Part shown: piece by piece, positions 36,660 to 49,074 of the stretch
How positions within the stretch are numbered: the first letter of the stretch is position 1
Layout: every line of letters starts with the position of its first letter
NCBI GenBank assembly: GCA_028534125.1
Contig: CM052817.1
Span: 97,900,001 to 97,964,000, forward strand
DNA length: 64,000 nucleotides
Origin: Lama glama
Lineage: Eukaryota
Direction of reading: 5' to 3'
The notes under the pieces: model-generated
The model's input: the letters and a program-made list of their open reading frames with translations, nothing else
What the model was told of the DNA's origin: nothing
The model's database searches: none
Translations under genes and position numbers: made by a program

Positions 36660-38868
36660 ATATTTTAAGATTACCTAAAAGAAATTAAGGGAATGACAGA
36701 AGCTATGAAATAACAACATAAATTATTTTTAATATAAGTGAGGTAACTGGAGAAAAGCAAGATTTGGAAGAAAAATGACAGACTCAGAAAACAAAAAAAG
36801 AATAAAATTACATTTATAGAATGCCAAGGAGATGAGAATGAATAAAATGACTGATAATACCTTAAAAGAAATAGAAGATAAAAAGGAGAAAAATTAAAAA
36901 TAAATTAGGAAGAAGATTCAAAAAGGTGTTTAAAAGAAAGTATAGAGGTAGAAGTTCATAGAGAAGGTTCAATATATTTGTCATAGGGGTCCTTATATGA
37001 AAACAAAATATACTCTATCAACTAAAAATTTTTAAAACTTCTTGAAATAAGTTTATTTAAAACTTATGAAAGTGTATATCACATACCTGGGAAAATCTAA
37101 ACAGAAAGACAAACATCAGGGCATAGTCTAGTAAAAATAATTGGATTAAAGAAATCCCTTGGGCATCAAGGTAAAAAACAAAACCATTCATAATAAAAGA
37201 AAATCAGATTGTCATTGGAGTTTTCAACGGCAGCATTATTCTCTAGATCAATAGAGTAACAAGACATCCAAGAAAGAAAATGTGAGCCACATTTCCTATG
37301 TAGACAAACCAACTGTCAACATAAAGGGTGCAAACAAATGGTTATGAACCTGTAGTAATTCAGGAAATATTTTTCCTATGAGCTCTACCTGAGTAATTTA
37401 TTAAAGAATGAACTTCAGCCAACCAAAAGGTTGGAGAGACATTGAAATTAACAAGATAATGCTTATACTTTCTTACAATGAGGTATAGGACAATGATCAA
37501 AAATGGGGAGAGAAGAGGTGATGTTTATGACAGGAAGAATAAGATTGATGATTGCTTTAAAAAGTATTAACTGGGAGTAAAAAAATATTACTCCATGTAG
37601 GCTGTTGTGCAAAAGAGTGAGGGGGAAGGAAAGGTTACTAGCTAATTTTGACATAGATCATCATAGGGAATCAATAAACAATAGTTCAGAATAGAATTAT
37701 GGACACTATAAGAAGATACTAATATATATTTTAAGATGTTAATTTAGTGTGTTTGTGTTGTGTATATATGTATATATTATAGATTTCTTTATGTATGAAA
37801 CAGAACTAAGGCAAAACATATGGATATATTTATCTTGTCAATAAATGCAAATAAGCTAAGGTCACCTATTGAATTAAAAACAATTTCAGACTAGTTAAAA
37901 AATTATAATTGAAACTATGATAAATACTAGATATCTAAGGAAGCAGAATTAAGATCAAATGCATTAAGAGAAAGAAATGTGATTTTATAGCGCTGTTGGC
38001 TACAAGGCATCCAATAACATAAAGCAGAAACTACCCCAACTACACCAACAGGGAAATCTTTAACACCCTTCTCTAAGTCCAAGTCAAACCGAGTGGACAA
38101 GATATTGGTAAAGCTATAGAAAAGTACAGAATATTCAAAAGTGCAGTAGCTCTTAGAGATACATATCAAAACCTGTTCCAATAATGGAGGAGACACTTTC
38201 TATGAAGTACGCATGGGATATTTATCAAAATTGGCTGTATCAATGTACAGAAAAAGAACTCATTAAATTCTAAAGACTAGGAATAATATAAATAATAGTT
38301 TAGACCATAATAAAAAAAAACCTAAAAATTAATAACAAAATCAAAAGCCAAAAAGAGTCTTCTGTTTAGAATTTTTAAAAAATCCTATGAAACAACTAAT
38401 GGATCTCAAGGGAAGTGAAAAATAAAATTACTTCTTTAACATTATGATTTAACACATGACGTATCTGAATCTGTGGAAAACAGACAAAGTAGTTATTAGA
38501 AGAAATTCATAGAATTAATTATTACCTAAATAGCAATGTAAACATTCCACCTCAAAATCAAAGCAAACACACAAAAGAAAAGCAAACACACAAAACACAA
38601 AATAAAATAGGAAGAAATTAATGAAGATAAAAATGAATTTAAAAACTGAGATAAGTAGAATTATTAAATAAAATTAAATGCTGTTTCTTAGGAAAAAACC
38701 TCAACAAGATGGGCAAACCATTGTGTAACTTAAGAGCAAAAGGGAGAAAGTACAAATACACAAAATCCAAAATGACAAGAAGGAAATAGCCATGACAAAA
38801 GAAACTTAAAACAAGAGTTATAAGAAACTACTTTGTATTACTTTATCAAATAAGGTTTAAAACTTTGA
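36660..38868 (+). mobile_element. Old L1ME/HAL1-like ORF1 end and ORF2 start remnants
   Basis: A-rich strand; ORF1-end motif 'aaaatcagattgtcattggagttttcaac'; ORF2-start-like 'ataaatgcaaataagctaaggtcacctatt'; heavily decayed. Confidence 0.65.
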
Positions 38869-38869
38869 G

Positions 38870-40359
38870 CAGGATTCTGTAAACTACACAGGTTGTGAAC
38901 CTGTCAATGAAAAATAATCAATAGTCAGTCTAAGAAAGAAATGGAAAATGTTATTCAAGCCAAACTGAGGATTATAGCCCAGGAGACAGCCTATCCAAGA
39001 GCTCTGAGAACTGTTCTGAAGAGATAAAGGGGGAAGCCAGTATCTGTGTGATTTTGGTGTGGGGCAATGGAGCACACATCTCAGTAGAAGGTTGCTGCTA
39101 GTCACGAGCAACAGACATCTTACTTAATGTCTTTAGTGCTTTTCTAAGTATGGGAAGATGCAAGAACCCAGGTTTATACATTTCTCCTGAAAGTATCTAT
39201 CTGAAGGCCCATTCTGCCAGTTTTCCCAAAGCACAGAATTCCTCATCCTGATCTTCCCCCCAATTCCTTTCAGGGTGTAGTGTGGGTCAGCTTTTCAGCG
39301 ACAACAGTGGCTGACTTGATTCTTGTCAAACTGGATGATGGGCAACATTCTTTATTTTATAGTCCCTTCCCTTTCGGTCTTAATTTTGACCAAAGTTTGG
39401 GAGGCATTTCTTGACCAATTTGTCCCACAATGCTAAGGATGCTCACTCTCAGGACAGGAGAGGGTTTTGTTAATAAGCCACTCAATGTGTTAGTACTGGA
39501 CTATGCCCAGTTAACATTAAGACCTCCAGTCTTCCTGGTCTGTTATGGTCCAGAAAATGATTTCCTCTAGTTGCTTCTTTCCACATCCAGTATCACACTA
39601 TTACACTCATGGATCTTACAGAACTTATAGAATTCAATTTGCCTAATCATCATTAATTTTATCTGAGGCTCAGTCACACATTTGTTATGCAAGAAACAAT
39701 AATCTTGTAAAGTAGACAGAATACAAGTAATATAGCTGATAATATTAATAAGGTCATAAGTAAGTATTTAAGCTAAGAATTTCCATTAGGTGTGGCTCAG
39801 TATCTCTTCAGATTGTCTAACTAGTCTGTTCCACACCAATCGCTATCTTTAAGGGAAGGGATATATTGGCATTGTACATAAAGTTCACCAAAGATGTGTG
39901 CACCACTCACAAAAGTGAATGGTGGGTTATCATGACCCCTTACAGGATTGAGCAAGAAATGTTACCTTGTAAGGAGTCACATGGCTAGCACCAGAAGGAG
40001 AAAAAGTGATCTTTATGGTTGTACAGGTATTTCTGCCATGGAGGAGGTCTGGTTAACACATGATGCATGCACAATGCACACTAGAGGGGAGCAGGGAGGT
40101 CACAGGGCAGAGAAAGTTTTGTGTGTAAACTTTTCTTGCCTTGCCTTAAAGTGTGAATTTTTCTCTCATCTAGACAAAACTGGCCGGTTGCCTGTTTTTG
40201 TAAGTAAACTTTTATTGAATCACATCCATTCTTTTATATATTGTATATGGTTGCTTTTGCTAAAATGGTAGAGTTGCATAGTTGTGACAAAGACTTCATT
40301 GTCCTCAAAACCAAAATATTTACTATCAAACCCTTTACAGAAAAGATTCGGTGATCCTG
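38870..40359 (+). mobile_element. MER58A (hAT-Charlie), split by the ERV segment at 38902-40168
   Basis: Left piece 'caggattctgtaaactac' (38870-38901); right piece 'gcctgtttttgtaagtaaacttttattg...aaaatatttactatcaaaccctttacagaaaag...atcctg' (40169-40359). Confidence 0.75.
38902..40168 (-). mobile_element. ERV1-type LTR segment (composite LTR / internal / LTR-like)
   Basis: TG...CA ends; LTR motifs 'gccaaactgaggattatagcccaggagacag...gctctgagaactgttct'; polypurine tract on the minus strand at 39362-39375. Confidence 0.75.
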
Positions 40360-40489
40360 ATCTAGAAAAACAGTGGTTTTCTTTTTGGAAAAAGTAAACT
40401 TCAAAATGAACTTTATTGGAAACACAATGTCACAGATTATCCTAGGAGAAGTAGAGTACATAGTTAAAGCATTACTCCATATCTTTCCC

Positions 40490-41200
40490 TCCCCACTGAG
40501 AGACACCAGGAGACCAGGGTTATCAACAAAGACAATCCACAAGTACTCAGCCCATGAAGACTCTCTCTCTGCATTCCTAATACTCCCCTTCCCTACCAAG
40601 AGACACTGGGTGGCCAGGTAGCCTCATAAGGCAGATCCAGCCACAACAAGCTGACTATGAAGTCTCTTTAACTCTGTGGGCTAGAGACTCCCTTCCCTTC
40701 CTAGTGGCACCAAGTGGCTGGCCCAGCCCTCAGAAGCTTCTTCTGTCTCCTCCTTAAAAGATTTAAATAAGACCCAGAAACTTCTAATATAATTGCCAAA
40801 AATGTCCAGCATGCAACTGAAAATCACCCACCAGACCAAGAACCAGGAATTCACAAATTTAATGAGAAGAGGTAATCAACTGATGCCAACATGAAGGTGA
40901 ATTGGATTTTAAGATTATCTGATAAGGACTTTAAAGCAGCCATCATAAAAATGCTGTAACAAGCAATTACAAATTTCCTTGAAACAAATTGAAAAAATAG
41001 GAAATCTCAAAGAAATAGAAATTATAAAGCAGAACAAAATGGAAAGAAGGACTGAGAAATACAACAGAAAGGTAGATTTGAACAAGTGGAAAGACATACA
41101 CCATTACCTTGGGTAGAAAGTGTCTACATCCATCAAAGTGTTAGTTTTACCTAATGTGTAAGTTTAATACTTCAACTGAGAAAACATGAATGTTGATTGG
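40490..41200 (+). mobile_element. Old L1M 5'/ORF1 region fragments
   Basis: 'aaatcacccaccagaccaagaaccagga...attatctgataaggactttaaagcagccatcataaaaatgct'. Confidence 0.7.
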
Positions 41201-41299
41201 ATGTTTATTTTATTTTTTTAACATTTTTTATTGATTTATATTCCCTGTGTTATACAGTATAATCTTGTTTAATTTTTCTATGAAATAATTATCAAATTT

Positions 41300-41577
41300 T
41301 TAAGTGTTATCAACAATTGGTGGTTATAATTATGAGAGTGAGTTTTTATCTCTTGGAGATAAACAGTGAAATACACAGTAAACAGTAGAATATTTGAGAT
41401 CTGCTTCAAAAAATGAAAGAGGGTAGTGAGTGTGAATAGGGATGAAACAAGATCAGCAATATATTAATTTGTTGATAATCTTTGAAGCTGAGTGACATGT
41501 ATGTATGGTCTATTACACAATATTCTCTACTTCTGTATGTGTTTGAGATTTTCCAAAATAAAAAGTTTTTTTAAATC
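41300..41577 (+). mobile_element. L1ME 3' end
   Basis: 'gatctgcttcaaaaa...ttgaagctgagtga...tattctctacttctgtatgtgtttgagattttccaaaataaaaag'. Confidence 0.7.
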
Positions 41578-41763
41578 TCCTCAAAATCTAGGGTTTTGCT
41601 GATATCTTGATTTGGTGAAAAAAAAATAAAGGTGAAATAGAAGAGGCTGGCATTTGAGTGAGATGAAGGCAGAGGAATAAGACTATATGAGAAGAAGAGT
41701 AATTACAGGTGCCTGAAGAAGAGATAGCCTAGACAACCCCTGGAGAAATATCCAGAATCCACC

Positions 41764-42214
41764 TTTTTTTTTTTAATTGAAGTACAGTCAGTTACAATGT
41801 GTCAATTTCTGGTGTACAGCACAATGTCCCAGTCATGCATAATGAAAAAAATTTTCATATTTTTTCATAAAAGATTATTACAAGATGTTGAATATAGTTC
41901 CCTGTGCTACACAGAAGAAATTTTTAAATCTATTTTTATATATAGTCACTAACATTTGCAAATCTCAAACTCCCAAATTTATCCCTTCCCACCCTCTTTC
42001 CCCTGGTAACCATAAGATTGTTTATTATGTCTGTGAGTCTGTTTCTGTTTTGTGGATCAGTTCATTCTAGGTCCATCCATGTTGCTGCAAATGGCATTAT
42101 TTTATTATTTTTTATGACTTAGTAGTATTCCATTGTTTAAATATACCACAGCTTCTTTATCTAGTCATCTATTGATGGAATTTAGGTTGTTTCCATGTCT
42201 TGGCTATTGTATAT
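41764..42214 (-). mobile_element. 5'-truncated young L1 3' tail with TSD
   Basis: Poly(T), then 'attgaagtacagtcagttacaatgtgtcaatttctggtgtacagc'; TSD CAGAATCCAC at 41753-41762 and 42215-42224. Confidence 0.9.
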
Positions 42215-42569
42215 CAGAATCCACAATTTTTTAAGAATGTAACTTCAAAATAATGATCTGCCCTGTCTTCCTTAAAAAGGGTTCTTAAAAGAGAAGAGAT
42301 TCTAAAGAAATAATACCAAAATCCCCTGAAATACTCTAAATTCTATTTCAAAAGCACCCTTAACATTTTCTTCTTATACTCCTTTTTTTTTCTTCTAATT
42401 AATTGTTCCTTTTCTTTGAACACAATAAGAGTAAAGGATAAATATTTTAGAGTATTTTACTGGTTTTCAGTTTTCTGTTTTGTTTGATTACTTCTCTTGG
42501 ACAATAGTATTGTTTTCTGATTTTTTTTGGTATTAATTAGCTGAATATTTGTGGGTTAGAACATGTTTT

Positions 42570-42720
42570 CTGAAGGTAGATTATGTAGATTTGAATCCAG
42601 CCCCTATTGTTTGTGACCTGTGTGACTCTGCACAAATTGCTTACCCTTTCTATGCTTCCTTATCTGTAAAATAGGAATGTGCTTGTACCTAAGATAGTGG
42701 TTAGGATGAGTGATATCACA
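42570..42720 (+). mobile_element. MIR SINE
   Basis: 'atttgaatccagcc...ctgtgtgactctgcacaaattgcttaccc...tatctgtaaaataggaat'. Confidence 0.7.
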
Positions 42721-42892
42721 CAATTATTGTGGAACTGAGGGAATGTTACAGACTGTCTATTCATATGTTTGTGGCCTTTGATTAAGCTCAACGCATGGGC
42801 TACATCAGCAATTTATTTACTTAACTAACCTGGGGCTTGGACTGAGTGTGTGATGGTTTGGTATACAATTCTGTCATTCTCCACTGCCCATC

Positions 42893-43992
42893 AGCATTGG
42901 TTTCCTGTGGCTGCTGTAACAAATTACCATCAACTTGGTGGCTTAAAATAGACATTGATTCTCTCAGTCCTGGAGGCCACTGATCTGCAACCAAGGAGTA
43001 GGCAGGGCCACATTCCCACTATAGGTCTTAGGGAGGAATCCTTCCTTGCCTCTTCCAGCTCCTGTTGGCCCCAGGCATCCCCTGGCTTATAATTGAGTTG
43101 AATTGCTCCACTCCCTGTCTATAGCTGCCTTCATACGACCTTTTCCTAAATTGATGTAGAGTTGATGTACAATGTTGTGTTAGTTTCAGGTGTACAGCAA
43201 AGTGATTCAGTTTTATATATATAAATATAAATTCTATATATTCTTCAGATTCTTTTCCATTATAGGTTATTATAAGTTATTGAATATAGCTCCATGAACT
43301 ATACAGTAGGTCCTTGTTATTTATCTATTTGATACATAATAATATCTATCTATTAATACCAAGCCCCTAATTTATCCCTTCCCTCCTTTGGTAACCATAG
43401 GATTATTTTCTATGTCCTTGAGTTTCTTTCTGTTTTGTAAATAATTTCATTTGTATCATTTTTTAGATTGCACAAATAAGTGATATCATATGATATTTGT
43501 CTTTCTCTGTCTAATTTCACTTAGTATGATTATCTCTAGGTCCATCCACATTGCTACAAATGACATTATTTCATTCTTTCTTCTGGTTGAGTAGTATTCC
43601 ATTGTATATATATATGCCACATCTTCCTTTATTTGTTCATCTGTTAGTGGACATTTAGGTTGCTTTCATGTCCTAGCTATTATAAATAGAGCGGCTGTGA
43701 ACATTGGGGTGAATGTATCTTTTCAAATGAATAGTTTTTGTCTTTTTCAAATACATGTCCAGGAGTGGTATTGCTGAATCATATGATAACTCTATTTTTT
43801 CTCTCTCTTTGTATCCTTTTCTGTCTCTTATAAAGATATTCTCATTGAATTTGGGGCCCACCCTAATCCAGTATGATCTCATCTCAAGTCTTACTATAAC
43901 TATATCTGCAAAAACCCTGTCTCCAAATAAAGCCACATTCTAGGGCTCCAGGTAGAAATGAAAATTGGGGGGACATTGTTCAATCTCCTATA
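42893..43992 (-). mobile_element. MLT1B LTR interrupted by an L1 insertion
   Basis: Left part 'ggctgctgtaacaaattaccatcaacttggtggcttaaa'; right part 'ttggggcccaccctaatccagtatgatctcatctc'. Confidence 0.85.
43141..43800 (-). mobile_element. Artiodactyl L1 3' end inserted in MLT1B
   Basis: 'gttgatgtacaatgttgtgttagtttcaggtgtacagcaaagtgattcag...tgaacattggggtgaatgtatctttt...ccaggagtggtattgctgaatcatatg'. Confidence 0.9.
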
Positions 43993-44024
43993 GTATCTAA
44001 AGATACATAGGAACTATTTTGATT

Positions 44025-44307
44025 TGGCTTCCTTGGCTTGTGGTTGCATCACTCCAATCTCTGCCTCTGTTTTCATATCATCTACTCTCTGTGTCTTCTC
44101 CACTGTATGTGTTTGTCCCCAAAATTCCTTTGCCCCTTTCTCTAAGATGATTATATTTAGGGCTCACAAAGATAATTCTGGATAAATCACCTTCTCTCAA
44201 GAACCTTAACTTAATCACATCTGTTGCCATTTTAGGTAATGTTCATAAGTTCTGGGGATTAGGATACAGACATGTATTTTGGGGGACCATCGTTCAGTTC
44301 ACCACAC
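44025..44307 (-). mobile_element. MLT1C-like LTR, partial
   Basis: 'ccttggcttgtggttgcatcactccaatctctgcctct...ccttaacttaatcacatctg...ttctggggattaggatac'. Confidence 0.75.
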
Positions 44308-44989
44308 AGTCTAAAGAAGACACCCCTGGCAGAAGTATCTAATGAGGAGCCTAGCTAGATGCAGACATAAAATTCAGAGGCATCAGCTTTGGAGGCAGAT
44401 GAAAAGGCAGCAGAATTGTTTGAGAAAATACTAGAACAGTGTTTGTTACCTAGCACCCTAGGCTGTGACAACCCTGGATTCAGAAAATGTTGCTGTTTTG
44501 AATTTCCACTGCCAAGGTCAAGGTTCACTGAAAGAATGCTACAACCAAGAACAGGCTTCATTACTTTTGTTTGGTAACTTGACTTCAAAGTGCCCCAGCC
44601 TGCTGGACCACATTCTTGACTTATTCTGGATGTTTAGAACACTGTTTAAGTGAATGGCCTTGACATTTTTATATTATTTTACATTTAATTCCAAATGTAA
44701 CACATGCTCCTTGTTAGAATTTTAAACAGCTTGGGCATATATAAGTATAAAGTGAAAAAGCTTTGTCCCCTCTTTTCTAATTACTTTCTTTATCCCAACA
44801 TCACCACATCAGTCTCCAGTGGAACTGTTATTAGTGGTGTAGGGTTTGTTTTTCCATACATTTTCATGTATGTGTAAATACACATAACCAAAATAAACTC
44901 ATACCATACATATTAATCTGCAACTTTTTTTTCAGCTGTAATCTCTTTAACCTTTCTTAAAAGTACTGTTTGATTTTCCAGGAAACAAC

Positions 44990-45316
44990 ATTGTTCTGAA
45001 AACTATATTGCCACTTCTAATATCACCCATCTATTGTAACAATCCAGATGAGAAACGATAGTGGATATTGTTAGCAATAGAGCTGTGAGAAATGGCCAAA
45101 TAATGGAGATCTAGATGCTCACCGAGATCCAAACACCCAATCCACAATGTTCTTTTTATCCTGAAAAAGACTAAATTGCTACTTCTAATGTCATCCATCT
45201 ATTGTAACAATCCAGGTGAGAAATGATGGTGGATAGTTTTTGCAGTAGAGCTGTGAGAATTGGCCAAATAATGGCTATCCAGATGCCTACTGAGATCCAA
45301 ACACCCAACTCATAAT
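44990..45316. repeat. Two-copy tandem duplication, period ~168 bp
   Basis: 'acttctaat...catctattgtaacaatccag...agagctgtgagaa...ggccaaataatgg...gagatccaaacacccaa' occurs starting at 45013 and at 45181. Confidence 0.92.
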
Positions 45317-45794
45317 AGTCTTTGAAACATTTTTGTAAATTGGGAATCGAGTAAGTGATTCATTCGTTTCCATTTACTGCTAAAGAAGCCAAGCACATTT
45401 TCGTTACTTTTGCTTGACAGGAAGCATCATCTACTTTACTTCCAATTTAAAATGCTCTATTACAACTACTCAGATAACCTCTAAAGTCTTCCCACTCCCA
45501 TTCATTATTTGTATCTCTGTTATCATATGCATATGGTTTAAATATGGAATTTTCACCAGCGGCAATTTCATGTTGCTTCTTTGTCATGAAAATATTGTTT
45601 TACTCTTACTATCTTTCATCATCATCTCCACTGTTATTTTCATCAACAGCATATGCTGTTAGTTAGGTCTAAGACCTCCATAGCACTATCCTAGGAGATA
45701 CAGAGACTTGTGAAGTATCCATCCTTTTCTTAAGAAGCTAAATATCTGAATGGGGAGACAGAATATATAGTAGTTTGAGTATCACAGTTTGATG

Positions 45795-47140
45795 AATTCT
45801 TTCATTCATCAGGTATTTTTTTAAATACTTGTATGTAAAATAATTATATATCAGGCATGGTTCTAGGCTCTAAGAGGAAGCATCAAACCAGACAAAAATT
45901 TCTGCCCTTACAGATTTTATATTCTAGAGGGAGGGCCAAGTAATTAACAAGAAAACTACAAGGTATGTTAGAAGATTATCAGCACTATGGAGAAAAATAA
46001 GAAAGGGTAACAAAGATGCAGGGTGCAGGGGGTTATGTATGTGCAGTTTTAAATTAGATGGGCAGGGTGGACCTCACCGAAAAGGTGATAATTCAGGCAA
46101 ACTTGAAAGAAGTATGGGAGTAAGCCATGATATTATTTTGGGGTGAGAATATTTCATGCAGAACAGACAGAGCAAAATCCCTGAGGCAGGGTCATACCTG
46201 ATGGCTTCAGAGAACAGCAAGGAGGGTAGTGTGGCAGAGCAGAGTGACCAAAGAGGCAGTAAGAGGTGGGATAAGAGTAATCCAAAGGGGTCAGAACCTT
46301 GGCTTTTACTCTGTTAGTAGTAAGGAGATATTAAAGGTTTCAAGCAGAGGAGTAACATGCTAGATTGAGAACAGACTCAAGTGTGAGCTATTTGACTAGT
46401 GATCACCTAGGACACTGCTGCAGTAATTCAGGTGAGGGGTGACAGTGGCTGGGACCACAGTGGTAGTAGTGGAAAAGTCATCAGTAATACATTAGGAAGG
46501 TACAGACAGCAGGATTTTCTGATGAATGGGAGATAGGTTGTTAGACAAACTGGGGACTACTTCACATTTTACTTGTCTGGGGAGCTGGAATAATGGAGTG
46601 GCTAGAACAATAAGGCACCAAAGTTAGGCATTCAGTCTGGCACATGTTGAGCCTGAGATGTTTATTAGACAGACAAGTGGAAATGTTACATAGGCAATTG
46701 GATATAGAAACCAGCATTTAAGAAAAGGATCGAGTGGAGATAGAACTCTTGCAGTCTTCGGGGCATAGGCGGTCTTCCCAACGATGACACTAGGGGACAT
46801 CAGGAAGACATAGGACATCAAGGTAGAGAACAGGTCTAAGGACGGGCCCTGGAACACTCCTGTGGAAAACTGAGAAGAGGGAAGACCTGTAAAGAAACCA
46901 GTAAAGATCAGTGAGGTAGAAGAAACACTCAGGAAGCCATGAAAAACTGTACCAAGGAAGAGCGATCAATTTTATTGTATATCGTTGATAGAACAAGAAA
47001 GAGAAGAGAAGCAAATATACTATGGAAACTCTTTATAGGAAAGCAAAAGGAGCAGCAATAGGGGAAAGGAGCTGGAGGGGAAGATGTGCCAAGGACTTAT
47101 TTTTAATGATGAAGAATTAGTGCTACAGGTGAGATATTTT
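45795..47140 (-). mobile_element. L2 LINE 3' portion (~1.3 kb)
   Basis: 'ttcattcatc...aggcatggttctaggc...agcaaaatccctgaggcagg...cttggcttttactctg...aagcagaggagtaacatg...gagatgtttattagacagacaagtggaaatg'. Confidence 0.85.
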
Positions 47141-47172
47141 GTTTAGTCTTTAATGCATTTTGAATTTGAATG

Positions 47173-47753
47173 TGCAGGGAAGGAAAACTTTTCTTTTTCC
47201 TCTACCCGTCTTAGATTTGTTGCCTGGGCCCCTGTAAATTAGACTGACAAAAGACAGATTAATAAAGAATAACAAACAGAAGTTTATTGACATGTGCATC
47301 TCGTATGCATACGGGAGTACTAGGCGATGCATAACTCAGAGGGGTGGTTAAAACTTGGGCTTTATAATATAGCATCTTAAAGAAAAAAATGATGCATTTT
47401 TAAAGAAGTAGCAAAACAATAAAAAAAGAAGCTTTGTTTCTAAGGCTGCAAATTATGAAAAGGTAAATATATTAGGGAACTAATGGAAGACAAAGGCGAG
47501 TTATAAAGTTTGTTTTGTAGATTCCTCTGGTACTGTCTCTGGGCTGGTAAGGGTCTTGTTATCTCTCGTGATTAACTTTTGTCTTCTTGGATGGGAGTAG
47601 GGGACACATTTACAAATTTATGTTCTCCTTTTAGGCAAATAAGAGCAAAAGGAGAACTTTCCTTGTATCTACTTCTTCTCAGTTGCCTTCAGTTCAAAAC
47701 AATCCTTATAGCAAAATGGCATATTTTGGGGTGGCATATTCTGCTACCCTTCG
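47173..47753 (-). mobile_element. ERV1 solo LTR (MER34/MER39-like)
   Basis: 'ctgacaaaagacagattaat...gaagtttatt' near one end and 'ttgccttcagttcaaaacaatccttat...gcatattttggggtggcatattctg' at the other; possible 4-bp TSD aatg/gatg. Confidence 0.8.
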
Positions 47754-47999
47754 GATGCCTTTGAAAGGGCACGTTCTCTTCAGTTCTCCACACTTGTCAC
47801 TTACTATCTTTGTCTAGTCCCTATAGGCTTGCAACTCCTGCAGGAAACTCTGTGCCCTTGTGGATTTAATGCTGTAGTTGTGGTATTTGTGAATGACCCT
47901 GGAAGACAGGCAGTCATTTGTAACTGTACTGAGGCACTTTTAGTTGACTTTTGAAACAGAAAATACACTTTTTTGTCCTTTGGGAAATGACAAAACTAA

Positions 48000-48440
48000 A
48001 ATTTGTTTATGGAATATAATTTAAAAAATATATAAAAACAGAAAAGGGAAATAAGTATGAATCACAATCTACTATTAGAGATAATCCCCTGTTTACACTT
48101 GGGCATATATACTTACATATAGTCTTTGGGTTCTTTTTCTTTTTAATGAAACTATATTTAAGAAAAATGGGGTCATATCATAAATAATGTTGTATGATTT
48201 ACTTTTTACATTCAACACAGCATAAAGTCTTTTGAAATCATGAAGTATTTTTATTATGTCTTCAGAAATCTACAATATCATTTTTATAAATGTGTAGAAT
48301 TTCATTGTATGGATGGGTCAAAATTTAATTGATCAGGTGTTTGGATATGTATTTATTTACTTACTTATTGTGAATAAAATAATGTGACAATGAACATCCT
48401 TGCAGCAAATCTTTGCATGCGTATATTCCGAAAAGAGGAT
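48000..48440 (-). mobile_element. L1ME 3' UTR fragment
   Basis: 'aaaaatggggtcatatc...ttcattgtatggatg...caatgaacatccttgcagcaaatctttgcat'. Confidence 0.65.
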
Positions 48441-49074
48441 TATTAATGCCTCAGAGCTGGCGTGAAAAGTGAGTTTCTTGGCCAGAGAGTGAGCCAGCTG
48501 ACTTCCTCATGCAAAACTCCAGAAAGCTTTGTGGTCTTATTAAAATAAAGTACCTCATTCAGTCTTCACCCAAAGACATAAATATTATAAAGTTTTTCTT
48601 TTAAGAAATGAGGAAATTTTGGGAAAGTCACGTTCACGCTGAGATAAAGACCCTCAGATATAGGAAAACATCAATGATCCAAATTAGAAGTATGCTTTAC
48701 ATACTTCTCCTAATCTGTCTTTAGTCTTTTAAATAAATAGCATCATGTCTAACTGGGTCCTCTCAGACATCAAGCCTTCAGTGACAATTTCAAGGGTGTT
48801 TGTTTTGTTTTGTTTTATTTTTGTTTTTATTTTTTGCTGCCAAGCATTTAAACTCATCCTTTTTATTATTTAGTCTATGAGCAACAGTACAGAGTACTGC
48901 ACATTTTGGCTTGACTTTTTAATGCCTATCATTTGATTAATTAGGTGAGTTGATTACTTTGCCATCTCTACTTTTCTCAAATATGGCATGAATTCCCTTT
49001 CAACCATTCTGGAACTGCTTTAATTGCAGTCAGAGGCCCTTCCATGCTAAACTCCTTCGAACTTTAAAGGTTTG

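Noticed and set aside
44990..45316. CRISPR-like or functional repeat array
   Set aside because: Only two long diverged copies with no repeat-spacer structure, in mammalian DNA.
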